From NCBI GenBank assembly GCA_963826785.1, contig CAWGYD010000003.1, positions 1 through 64,000 of the forward strand: a DNA stretch of 64,000 bases, read 5' to 3'. Each line of letters opens with the position of its first letter. Position 1 is the first letter of the stretch. Origin of the DNA: an uncultured delta proteobacterium. GTDB lineage: Bacteria > Desulfobacterota > Desulfobacteria > Desulfobacterales > Desulfosalsimonadaceae. The position numbers and the translations under genes are program-made. Under the pieces are notes generated by a model. It was not told the DNA's origin and ran no database searches. It saw nothing but the letters and a program-made list of their open reading frames with translations. Of the stretch, positions 9,671 to 19,481 are shown piece after piece.

Positions 9671-10348
9671 CTACTCCAAAGATGACGGCATCCGCCAGGA
9701 TTGCGGAACGGGGTTTCCTCATACAGCCACCAGATTCCGTCCACGGCCCATAACTGCTGAACCATCAGGGTATTGGTCCGCATGTTCACGGCGCGGATCA
9801 TTTTCGAGCCCTGGACCGGTCAGCGGAGTATCCGGTTTCAACCAGCCATTGACTCTGGCTTCTTTTGTTTCATACGGCCCGGCTGTCCACCCTGATCCGG
9901 TCTACAAATACCCGGCCGCCAGCTTCCCGGCGGACTTCAATGATGCGTTCGGACCCGCTGTCGAGCACCGGCAGCATATCGCAGGGGATGGGACGAACCG
10001 GGGACAATGAGGAGCCCGGGGGCTTCAATGGCTTGGGGAATATTGGCGTCTTCCGGCCAGAAGATGGAAATACCGGAAGCCTCCAGACCAAGAGTGCAAG
10101 ACAGATGTTATTTTCCTTTCCGGACAGAAAGGAAGCCGCGTCATGGAGTCAAGCTGTTCACGGTACAATTCGAATATCAAGATCGGATGGAGAAGGGACG
10201 TCGGGCACTGCTGACCGGGTGATGACCTGCACGGGTTGTAAGACCGAATGGGGCAGATCGCCAGAACAACTGCGGGGCTGAAGAATAAGGCCGAAAGACA
10301 AACAACCCATAAAATGGATCTAGGAAAAAGTGAATTCACGTGATTCAT
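9671..10348 (-). CDS. Hypothetical exported protein, multiply frameshifted
   Basis: Signal-like N-terminus (10025..10348), middle piece (9870..10091) and a reconstructed tail ...MVQQLWAVDGIWWLYEETPFR/SWRMPSSLE ending at TAG 9671. Confidence 0.5.
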
Positions 10349-10382
10349 ATATATAAGGCATTTTCGCGGTTAGAGAACTCAT

Positions 10383-10419
10383 AAAAAAACGGGGAGAGAG
10401 GTTCCCCTCTCCCCCGTTT
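10383..10419 (-). terminator. Strong Rho-independent terminator after the putative surface-protein gene
   Basis: Minus strand AAACGGGGGAGAGG-GGAA-CCTCTCTCCCCGTTT followed by further T residues. Confidence 0.85.
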
Positions 10420-10448
10420 CGGTTAAAGACTTAGTGCATTTTAGATCA

Positions 10449-11640
10449 TTATTCCTGGCCAACCAGTTTCAGCGCTTGCCGAAGCAGGAGGCATCCGGAA
10501 TGTAGCCCATGGATTCGCCGGTCTAGGTCTTTGCAATCATCACGAAGCCGTGGCTGGCAAATTGGTTTCCACGAGAGCATAGCCTCTTGATCACCCAGTG
10601 TGCCGTTACCAGCGGTCTGGGTCATCAAGCCTACCAAACCGCCCATGGTGTTCAGGTAAACACCGTTGGCATCACGGTCACATCAACGGTGCCGGCGTCG
10701 CCATCGGCTTCGTAGTAGTTGACAGTGGCGGTGCCTTCAAATGAGCTCAGGTTGGTGATAACCATGCCATTGAGGTTCCAGTAGCCGTTGCAGGGCGGGA
10801 AGTACGGGTAAACCAGGTCGCACTGGGCATATCGTCGCAGCACAGTTCGCCGATGTAGATGGTGCAGCAGCATTCCAGATCGTCGGAGCAGATGCCGGAG
10901 CAGTCCAGGATCAGGCAGATTTAACATAGACTTTCCAGCCGGCCTGTACTTTGTCGGGATCGGCGCGAAGGAGGGAATGTCGATTTCCCAGGTAGCGGCG
11001 CCGGCATTCACTTCATTTGCTCCAATTACATAGCCGTGGCTTGCAGCCTGATCAAGGGCGTTGGCCGAGGGGCAAATTTTACCACTCTTAAATCTTTCGT
11101 CGGTCAGCGTGCAGCCGTTACCGTCGTTTTCGCTGCCACGGTTCCATCGGCAAGTTTAGTACACAAAATTGCCCGACGAAGTCATCAGTTATTGATATAA
11201 CTTCGTCGTCAGTCCCTGAAGGTCACAGGCGGTTTCCTGATTTTCCCAAGTCGTCAGGGAATTCCGGTTAAAATTCACATCCTGGGCCCAGTAAACACCG
11301 TTGTCACCGGTGACCATGCCGTTGCCCTTGTCCACCAGGATCTCCATGGAGATGTCGATGGTATCGCCGACATCGGCTGTTTCCCACACTTCGGGGATGC
11401 AGTCGCAGATCTTAAACAGGGCGATATTGTCCTTGCATGGTTTTGGAATAAGAACAGTAGCTGTACATTGGTGCATTGTCTTCAAAATCCCAACGGGAAG
11501 CAGGCGATATCCTGTCCGGATTCGCATCCCCGGGCGATCTGCCCCGGATCACCGCCGCAGTTCAGGCAGGCAGCCGAGGCAAATCCGGCCACGCCGAAGA
11601 CCATCGTGAATACTGAAAGAATCGTGATTAATTTCTTCAT
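10449..11640 (-). CDS. Cys-rich secreted protein, putative major surface/S-layer subunit; heavily frameshifted
   Basis: GGAGG RBS and ATG at 11640 give MKKLITILSVFTMVFGVAGFASA-ACLNCGGDPG (Sec signal; not in the ORF track). It continues through fragments LFKICDCIPEVWE..GDNGVYWAQD (11189..11527), CDLVYPYFPPCNGYWNLNGMVITN (10652..11011) and GESMGYIP near 10500. Exact stop uncertain. Confidence 0.65.
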
Positions 11641-11744
11641 GTTTTCTTTTCCTCCACTTTGTTTTCTGTTTCTGGGTTGTTTTGATTATGTTTGGTTGTG
11701 TGTTGATTTTCGTCATGCCATTTCGAACTCTGCATTCAGTTTAC

Positions 11745-11761
11745 TGCAAGTTTGGTGCCGG
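11745..11761 (-). promoter_or_regulatory. Sigma-54 promoter (-24/-12) for the putative surface-protein gene
   Basis: Minus strand CCGGCACCAAACTTGCA = GG-N10-GC with GGCAC and TTGCA consensus, ~105 nt upstream of the ATG. Confidence 0.8.
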
Positions 11762-11900
11762 AATATCACCTCCTCATATATTTTCGGTTTGAGTTTGTTT
11801 GAAGATGAAGATAGTTTTTTCTAAATTGAGCAATATTATCGCAAAATGATATTTCTGTCAACGCTTGTTTTGGTTCTATCCGTCAATTATCGGTTCTTTA

Positions 11901-13366
11901 TCAAATGTCAACGGCAGAAGTTTCGATGGCAAAAGCGATCCATCGATTTGCCGTTTCCAGATCAATCCACTTGAACTGCTGCGCCTCACCCGAACCCACC
12001 AGAATCCGGTATTTGCCGGGAGGAAGTGATATCTGATATCCGCCGGCCGGGTCCGTTAGAACATCATATGCCCTCCCCTTGGGTCCGAATTCCTTGATAT
12101 TGAACCATCTGACCGGCAAGACCTTCGCCTGCATCATAGAGACCATTGGCATTGATATCCGCATAGATTACCCCTGTAATTGCAGCCGATGCGGGCTTCC
12201 AGGGAGAGCCGAAGGTCAGCGTGGTGAGGTGGATGTTGTCGCCGCATAATCCGCCCAGAACCGCACTTTGGGCCGCCGTGGTCCGGACGCCGGCATGAAC
12301 GGCCATTTCGGAAAAAAGATTGCGGTCTTTCCAGGATTCCGCCCGAAACGCCTTGAGCAGCAGGTGCTTGAATATGTAGTTCACTGTAAGGGCCGGGGAA
12401 ACACTGTTTCCGCAGGTGGAGAGCCTTCCCAGGGATTCGGCAGCCCAGGCCGGGAGGTACCCGGCATCCCGTATCCGTGCCACCGGAGTGGATCCGTCGG
12501 GAGAGACATGGGCATAAAATTCTTGTTCCAGCATGTTTTCATTGTGCCGCGCCGCGGCGGCATAAAGGGCCGGATCCATGATCAGGGGCGAAAGGCCTTC
12601 GGCAAACAGACCGCCAAATTCCGGCATGACTGCAAGAATATCGGCCGCCGAAAATCCCTGAACAGCAACTGCCTGAACCGGATTGACCCGGGCCTGGTTA
12701 ATCAATTGCAGGAGCTCGAGTTCATAGACATGGATCGGTGTTCCAAAATCACAGACCGCCAGATAAATATTGCCGACCAATCCACTGGAATTAAAGGGTC
12801 CAGCCGAAAATCCGATCCCTGATATCCGTCAGGTCCGGATTCAGGATGTTTCGCTGGCCCTCCCAGGCGGGATCGAGTTCATCTTTATACATGTTCTTAA
12901 ATAACTGGAAAACAGCCTGCTGCGAATCGATAAAGTTGTTAAAGAACAGCATGCCCAGGGCTTCGCCGGATAATGCGGCCGGAAAGCCCTGTGCCCGCAT
13001 TCGGTCTTCGGGCGTGCGCCCCTCGAGGTTTTCGTAGGCATAATAACTGTTTGCCAGCATATCTGCGCTGTGCGTGCTTGCCGATCGATACAGCCGCTCG
13101 TCGAATGACAGCGCCGGCATTCCTGAAATCAGCAGATTCCGAAGATCCGGCCAGTCTTTGAGCACCTGGGCCCGATTTAAACCGACCCGCTGGGCCATAT
13201 CCAGCGGATTTTGCCGGGCCGCATTGATCAATTCAAACAGGGCCGTCTCTTCGGGAGTCGGCATAAAATCCTGCGCATGAGAAACGATCATCGTCGACCC
13301 GATAATGCCCGCCGCCAGGCATAATATTTTCAGCAGATAAAAATGGTATTGAATGATGGCTTTCAT
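11901..13366 (-). CDS. Secreted protein with two tandem CAP (SCP/Tpx/PR-1) domains + C-terminal SdrD-B/Cna-like beta domain; two frameshifts
   Basis: 12791..13366: signal, ELINAARQNP, ASTHSADMLANSYYAY, TPEDRM. 12064..12780: LINQARVNP, AARHNENMLEQEFYAHVSPDGS, GVIYADINANGLYDAGEGL. 11901..12164: TDPAGGYQISLPPGKY. Confidence 0.75.
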
Positions 13367-13380
13367 ATTGGACTCAAGAA

Positions 13381-13398
13381 ATGCAAGTAAGATGCCAA
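13381..13398 (-). promoter_or_regulatory. Sigma-54 promoter (-24/-12) for the CAP-domain gene
   Basis: Minus strand TTGGCATCTTACTTGCAT, a near-perfect TGGCA-N7-TTGCA. Confidence 0.8.
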
Positions 13399-13565
13399 TC
13401 GATTTGCCCGATTGCGCGCATCATCTAAAATCTTTTTACGGAAAGGGTCACGCTTTTTTTAAATAAGAACAGCGATGAATGGAAACACTGGAGATGAAAT
13501 TCAGGTTGCCTGATGCGCTGATGATGGACGACTTTATGGTTCATGAAGTGATAATGATCATCGGC

Positions 13566-13601
13566 TGGTCAGATTCGACCAACAGTGGTTAAATCTAGCC
13601 A
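13566..13601. promoter_or_regulatory. Tandem palindromes, candidate enhancer (UAS) of a sigma-54 activator
   Basis: TGGTC-AGATTC-GACCA (13566-13581) and TGGTT-AAATCT-AGCCA (13586-13601), 20-bp period, ~170-200 bp upstream of the -24/-12 motif. Confidence 0.5.
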
Positions 13602-13642
13602 ATTCTATATCATCCAATCATTATCGATTGGAAACCGGGGCC

Positions 13643-15687
13643 TTACCAGTGCCGGCTCAACTGCACCAGCACCGAGAATGGTCTTCCTTCCACAGCGCTG
13701 TAAATTCCCGGCACCTGATAATCTTTGCCGAGTACATTGAACAGGGACACCTGCAGATCGATACCCCGATTCAGAAGGTTGCCTGCGGTCATGCTCATGT
13801 CCACCAGCCATGCGCCCGGGAATCGAATCAAAGGTGGTGCACCGGGGGCAGATGATCTGCTGGGAGGAGAAATAGCCGGCCCGGGCGGAAAAAGACAGGT
13901 CCGGCAGGGGCGTCCATTTCCCCATCAGGTTGGCCAGGTTTTTCGGTCCGGTGTCAAACGGGTAAGACAGGTCCGTATAATGCTTTTCCACGGTTCCGTC
14001 CGGCCGGATGAACGAATAATCATTGTAATGGTAGGTTTCGTCCGGCCCGCTGTTGTCCATTGCGGTGAGGTTTGCGGAAAGCTCGATGGTTTCAACCGGG
14101 AAAAGCCAGCCTTCCAGTTCGAGGCCTTCAATTTTCTGATGGTTGGGAATGGACAGCCCCGCATAGGGGTCTTCCATGATATGGTTTGAGATATCATTGA
14201 CAAAGCCGCACAGGCTGATTCCGACTCGACCGGTGGGGGAGAAGGCGACCTTGAGGTTGAATGTGCTGATCTTTTCCAGGTCCGGCTTGTCTTTTTCGAT
14301 CAGCTGACTGGAAAAGGGCGTGCGGTAGGCGGTGCCGTATAGGGCTTTGACGGTCCAGGCCGCATTGGGGGACCAGACCGCGCCGGTGTTGTAGCTGACG
14401 CGGCTCTCATAGGGGTCATGGTCGTCATACCGGATGCCGGCCAGCAGGTCCACCCGGCCGATCTTGTGGGTATACTGGGAAAACAGGGAAACCAGATCGG
14501 TGCGGTAATCCTGCTTTGTAATGCCCGGCAGAAAGGTCTGGTTGTCCTCCCCCAGGTAGTCGGGAAGATAGCTGTCCCATATGGGCGCATCGGTGATCCG
14601 CTTTTTCCGGCCGGCCAGCCCGGTGGTGAACAGGCCTTTTCCCGACCACATCTCCAGATCGTAGATCGCCTCTCCGTAAAACGTGTATTCCTTTGGGGAA
14701 AATTCAAGATCAATCACCTTGTACGTCGAATCGACCTGGGAATAGTACCCAGTCACCCTCAGGGCGGAGTCGGGATTGATCCGCTTTTTCCCTTCGATTT
14801 TGATGAAGTTGACCGGGGTACTCCGGCTTTCCAGCCAGATCAGGTCCTCATCCGATCCGGCAATGGAATAGGGCCGGGTATAATCGGAAAACCGGCCGGT
14901 CACCGAAAGCCAGTCCCGGTAATTCATATTGGCGTTAAATTCCAGGTACTGGGGCCGATCTGCCCTTGCCGGGCCGTACCGGTTTTCCGGTGGCACCGGC
15001 ATTCCGTCGTCATCCATTCCAGAAGGCCGCCACATTGCCAACCCGGTCGTCTGCGGCGGTCTCCCTGCCCGATATACTCACAAAGGCATCCCACAATCCC
15101 GCGTCATGACCGGCATTGATATGAAACCCGCGGGCATCCCCCGGATGACCGTAATATGCACCGGTTTCCACCCCATTGACATCCCGGCCGGTCAGGGGAA
15201 CCACATTGACGATGCCGGCAAACGCGTCCGGTCCCCACAGGACGGATCCCGGTCCGCGGATAATCTCGATGCGCTTCACCGGGGCCAGCGACAGCTCCTC
15301 ATCCAGGGGGTGGACCGATTTGGTCATATCCGATAACAGCGGAACCGTGTCATACAGAAACAGCACGGAATCGGGAATTCCCCGAAGATAAGGCTTCGTC
15401 CCCCATTCCTGACGGGCCATATAGAACCCCGGTGTACGATCGAGCGCCTGGGCCAGCGTAAATGATCCGTCTGTTTTGAATTCCTCCCTTGAGATCACCC
15501 GTGCCACCGCCGGCGCCTGGCTGGCGCTTTCCTCACGCCGGGAGGCGATGGTCAGCATATCCAGGTCTTCGCCCACAAACATGAGCATGGTGTCATCCGG
15601 CCCGGGAGCCGATTGCACGGATTGCGGCATCAGCAGGGCCGCAAAACAGATGATCTGAATCGATATGTACAGGTATGATCGGATCAC
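13643..15687 (-). CDS. TonB-dependent outer-membrane receptor (plug + barrel), two frameshifts
   Basis: 15010..15687: signal, IASRREESASQAPA, RIEIIRGPGSVLWG..AFAGIVN (plug). 13605..15041: AGIRYD, YGTAYRTP, GLELE. 13643..13831: NVLGKDY..GRPFSVLVQLSRHW (aromatic C-terminus). Confidence 0.9.
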
Positions 15688-15702
15688 AAACTTATTCGCA
15701 TT

Positions 15703-17061
15703 TCAGTTTTCGTTGTTTTCCAGCGCCTGGCGCGCCAGCACCCGGAATTTGGCCCGGGTCAACCCCAGAAGATTGGCCGCGGCGGTCTGGTTGTTATCCG
15801 TCATTTCCAGCGCCTGCCGCACCAGGTCCTGCTCAAGCGCTTCGATGGATATCCCTTCGGCGGGCAGGCTGAACCTGCCGGTTTCACACTGGGTTGCCGG
15901 CGCCGGCCGCAGAAAGGAAAGGGTGTCTGCGGTGACGCTCTCCTCCCCTTTTACCAGGATCATGACGCGTTCCATGGCATTGGCCAACTCCCGGACATTT
16001 CCCGGCCAGGGGTAGGCCTTCAGCGTCCGGATGGCGCCTTCAGTCAGACGGATCTCCCGGCCGCCGGCAAGCTGCCGGAAAAAATGCTCCGCCAGCGGCA
16101 CGATGTCATCGATACGGGTGCGCAGCGGCGGGGTGACAATAGGGAATACATTGATCCGGTAGAACAGGTCCTGGCGGAATTTACCCTTGTCCACCAGCTT
16201 TTTCAAGTCCTGGTTGGTGGCGCAGACGATCCGGACGTCTAAGCTGATCTCCTCGTTTCCGCCTACCCGCTGAATCTTCTTGTCCTGAAGGGCCCGCAGC
16301 AGTTTGGCTTGCGCTTCCAGCGGAAGATCGCCGATTTCATCTAAAAAAAGGGTGCCGTTGGCGGCGTATTCGAATTTACCCTTGGTCCGGCGGTCCGCCC
16401 CGGTAAACGATCCCTTCTCATGCCCGAACAGTTCCGATTCCACCAGGCTCGGAGAAATGGCGGCGCAGTTGACCGGGACGAACCGGGATTTTTTCCGGGG
16501 ACTGGAATCATGTATAAAACGTGCGATCACCTCTTTTCCGGTCCCGGATTCGCCTAAAATAAGCACCGCGGTATCCGATGCCGCCACCCGAACCGCATGC
16601 TCCATTACTTCGGTCATTTCCGGCGACCGGTAGACAATCTCCCGGTCACCGCAGATCTCCTGGAGCTGCTGCTTGAGTTCGACATTCTCGGCCATGATTT
16701 TCGAGATGCCCAGGGTCCGCTCCACCGTCATCAAAATCCGCTCTTCATCAAACGGTTTGGTGATATAATCCACCACCCCCTTGCGCATGGCCTCAACCGC
16801 TGAATCTACGGTGGCATAAGCGGTGATGAACACCATCGGGCAGGGAATATTGAGCTCCCGTAAGGCATTTAAGAGTTGTATCCCGTCCAGCCCGGGCATT
16901 TTGATGTCGCTGATGACCATGTCATAGGGATTGGACTTGATCATTTCCAATGCCTTTGCCCCATCGCCCGCCCGATCCACGCTGTATCCCTGCTGAATCA
17001 GCATGATGGACAGCAGATGCTGCATTTTCTCTTCATCATCGACAACCAGAAGATAAGCCAT
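15703..17061 (-). CDS. NtrC-family sigma-54-dependent response regulator
   Basis: Receiver domain (VVDDE, ISDIKMP, KPF), AAA+ domain (GESGTGKE, ESELFGHEKGSFTGA, LFLDEIG, FRQDLFYR, WPGNVREL) and Fis-type HTH. Confidence 0.95.
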   Translation of the reverse strand: MAYLLVVDDEEKMQHLLSIMLIQQGYSVDRAGDGAKALEMIKSNPYDMVISDIKMPGLDGIQLLNALRELNIPCPMVFITAYATVDSAVEAMRKGVVDYITKPFDEERILMTVERTLGISKIMAENVELKQQLQEICGDREIVYRSPEMTEVMEHAVRVAASDTAVLILGESGTGKEVIARFIHDSSPRKKSRFVPVNCAAISPSLVESELFGHEKGSFTGADRRTKGKFEYAANGTLFLDEIGDLPLEAQAKLLRALQDKKIQRVGGNEEISLDVRIVCATNQDLKKLVDKGKFRQDLFYRINVFPIVTPPLRTRIDDIVPLAEHFFRQLAGGREIRLTEGAIRTLKAYPWPGNVRELANAMERVMILVKGEESVTADTLSFLRPAPATQCETGRFSLPAEGISIEALEQDLVRQALEMTDNNQTAAANLLGLTRAKFRVLARQALENNEN

Positions 17062-18504
17062 TCAATTGCGCTCCTTTATCTCATTAACCCTGAAATGATC
17101 GATGTTTTTCGGCTCGCGGGGGACTTCAATGGAAAAACAGGCCCCGCCGGCCTCCCCGTTGACAGCGGAAATGCGGCCGCCGTGGGCCTGGACCACCTGG
17201 GCGGTGTAGGCCAGCCCCAGGCCGGTACCCTTGATGCGGGTGGTCACAAACGGGTCAAAAATCCGGTTGAGCATCTCTTCGGGAATGCCGTTGCCGTTAT
17301 CGGCAATATCGATACACCAGTTTTCATCATTGCAGGCGGCCTCAACTCTGATGACGGCCTTGCCCGGACATGCCTCCACCGCGTTTTTCAGGATATTGTC
17401 GACGGCCCGCCGGAACAGGTCCGGATCCAGGTAGGCCAGGCATGAGGTTTCGGGTACGCAGCTGTTCAGTTCGAGTTCTGCGGCCGGCTTCATCCGGGCG
17501 AACCGATCCAGGCATTCTCTGATCATATGATTGGCATCCACCACCCGAAAGGTCGGTTTTGCCGGTTTGGCAAATGATAAAAAATCCTCGATCAGCTGGT
17601 TGAGACGGTAAATCTCTTCATCGATATATCCCATCACAGTGGCGCCGGCCGGCCCCCCGGGATTTTTCTTGAGCACGTCAAAGGCGCTTTTGATGATCCC
17701 CAACGGATTTCGAAATTCATGGGCGATCATCATGGAAAATTTGCCCATTTCCGCCAGCAGGTTCTGCCGATTCATCTCCTGGTAAACAGACTCGAGTTCC
17801 TTTCGGCTTTTCTCCAGGGAATCAAGCATGGCATTGAAGGCAAAAGAGACCTTCCGGGTTTCCGGAAGACTGCCCGGCACCATCCGCAGATGGTGCTCGC
17901 CTTCTCCCACCTTCATGGCGGTCCGGGCCAGGCCGGTCAGCGGGGATACCAGGGATCGGGAGATGAAATAGAAGATGATCAGGCACAACACGATCAGCCC
18001 CGCGGTGAACCAGATGAACTGCAGCGTTATCTCTCTGAGCAGATGATTGATCTGGGAGGTACTGTAATTAAGCTCCACATGGCCGATAATGTTGGTCAAA
18101 TCGCCGGGAACCGGCTCCGACAGGGTCAAATCGAAGGCCTGACTTTCCTCACTGGCTTCCTTGATCTGCACCGGCACTTCCACCTTCTTGTAAGGGCCGT
18201 CGATTTCTCTGGCGGCCTCCGCCAGCGCCTCCCCCTTGCTGTTGTAAATCAATACGCTGGACACATCCCGTTCGGACAGAAGGTTGCAGGCCAGCCCATC
18301 GAGCATACTGCGCTGATCGATCAGGATGCCCAGCTCGGAATTGAGTGCCAGGTAGCGGGCCAGGAACAAAAAGCGCTCCTCAAAGCGGTTCTGGACAAAA
18401 TCATGGAACAATCGGATACCCACAATCCCGAGAGTGGCGGCCGTGATGCCGATGATCATGAAAGCCGCAAAAAGAAGCCGAGCATGGATTCCGGGTCTTC
18501 TCAC
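17062..18504 (-). CDS. Membrane sensor histidine kinase with HAMP domain
   Basis: Two TM segments, HAMP domain, H-box AHEFRNPL, NILKNAVEA, DNGNGI, FDPF, GTGLGL; GTG at 18504 overlaps the upstream stop (GTGA). Confidence 0.93.
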   Translation of the reverse strand: MRRPGIHARLLFAAFMIIGITAATLGIVGIRLFHDFVQNRFEERFLFLARYLALNSELGILIDQRSMLDGLACNLLSERDVSSVLIYNSKGEALAEAAREIDGPYKKVEVPVQIKEASEESQAFDLTLSEPVPGDLTNIIGHVELNYSTSQINHLLREITLQFIWFTAGLIVLCLIIFYFISRSLVSPLTGLARTAMKVGEGEHHLRMVPGSLPETRKVSFAFNAMLDSLEKSRKELESVYQEMNRQNLLAEMGKFSMMIAHEFRNPLGIIKSAFDVLKKNPGGPAGATVMGYIDEEIYRLNQLIEDFLSFAKPAKPTFRVVDANHMIRECLDRFARMKPAAELELNSCVPETSCLAYLDPDLFRRAVDNILKNAVEACPGKAVIRVEAACNDENWCIDIADNGNGIPEEMLNRIFDPFVTTRIKGTGLGLAYTAQVVQAHGGRISAVNGEAGGACFSIEVPREPKNIDHFRVNEIKERN

Positions 18505-19460
18505 GGGCCGAACCTCACCTGGGGGATGTCTGAAGCTGAAACCTTGACCCCGAGCTTCTCGATCACCGACTGATTCAGCCAGACCTGAAAAACGGGCATC
18601 TGAGGCGTACAAGATTGATCCGTCAGCACTTTCTGCGCCAGCTCCGCCGCCTGTCTGCCCAGAGCGGCATAATCGAAAACAAACGCCATTGCCGCTCCGG
18701 ATTCATAGAAAAATTGATTGTACCCCACCACGGGGATGTTTTGCAAGATGCCCTGCTTGATAATGTACAGAGCGATGCTTTCTGAAATCACCGTCCGGTC
18801 GGGTATCAGCCAGATACAATCCAGGCCCGGATTTTGAGTCAATACAGTGGGAATATCTTTCTTGGAGGTTACCGCCAGGGGAACCAGCTCGATGTTCAGC
18901 AGGGGTGCGATATCGGCGGCCGCTTCGAAAAATGCTTTATTCTGGCTCGGATCGAAGAAAAGTCCGATCCGCCGTGCGGCCGGAAGACTGGAACCGATCA
19001 TCTCCAGCTGGTACTGGGGAGGGATGTTCAATGAGATCCCGCAGATAACCTGATCCGGATCGATGATATTATCGGGATTTAATATAATGCAGTAAAGTTT
19101 CGGGGTACGGGAAAACGCCGGGGCTTTCCAGATAAAATCCGCCGCTTCCGGTCCGACGGCCACCAGCAGGTCGGCTCCGGAAAGCCGGTCTGCCAGCTCC
19201 ATCAGCGAATTTGAATTGAAACGCTCGACCTCGAACACCTCCAGGTCGGCATTGCTTATGCTGCCCAGCTTTTCCCGGAATCCGTCTGCGGCTTCGACGT
19301 ACGGCCGGATGCTCCTTGAGATAAACAACGCCACAGTTGGGGGCGGACTTGCGGAAACACCCGTCTCCTCCCCGGAGGCAACTGCCGGCATACTGATGGT
19401 CAGTAGACAGCAGACCCACAGGTAAAAAAAAAAGCGATGTGTGACGAGCCCTTGTATCAT
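18501..19460 (-). CDS. Periplasmic ABC_sub_bind-type binding protein with no cognate permease nearby (probable sensor partner)
   Basis: Signal peptide; VAVGPEA, RRIGLFFDP, IWLIPDRTV, NIPVVG, GRQAAELA, LNQSVIEKLG. Confidence 0.8.
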   Translation of the reverse strand: MIQGLVTHRFFFYLWVCCLLTISMPAVASGEETGVSASPPPTVALFISRSIRPYVEAADGFREKLGSISNADLEVFEVERFNSNSLMELADRLSGADLLVAVGPEAADFIWKAPAFSRTPKLYCIILNPDNIIDPDQVICGISLNIPPQYQLEMIGSSLPAARRIGLFFDPSQNKAFFEAAADIAPLLNIELVPLAVTSKKDIPTVLTQNPGLDCIWLIPDRTVISESIALYIIKQGILQNIPVVGYNQFFYESGAAMAFVFDYAALGRQAAELAQKVLTDQSCTPQMPVFQVWLNQSVIEKLGVKVSASDIPQVRFGP

Positions 19461-19481
19461 TTAAAAAGCAGCATGGTCATG

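Noticed and set aside
9468..9722. 84-aa ORF upstream of the TGase-like gene
   Set aside because: Overlaps the reconstructed end of the upstream gene in another frame, with no motifs; probably intergenic.
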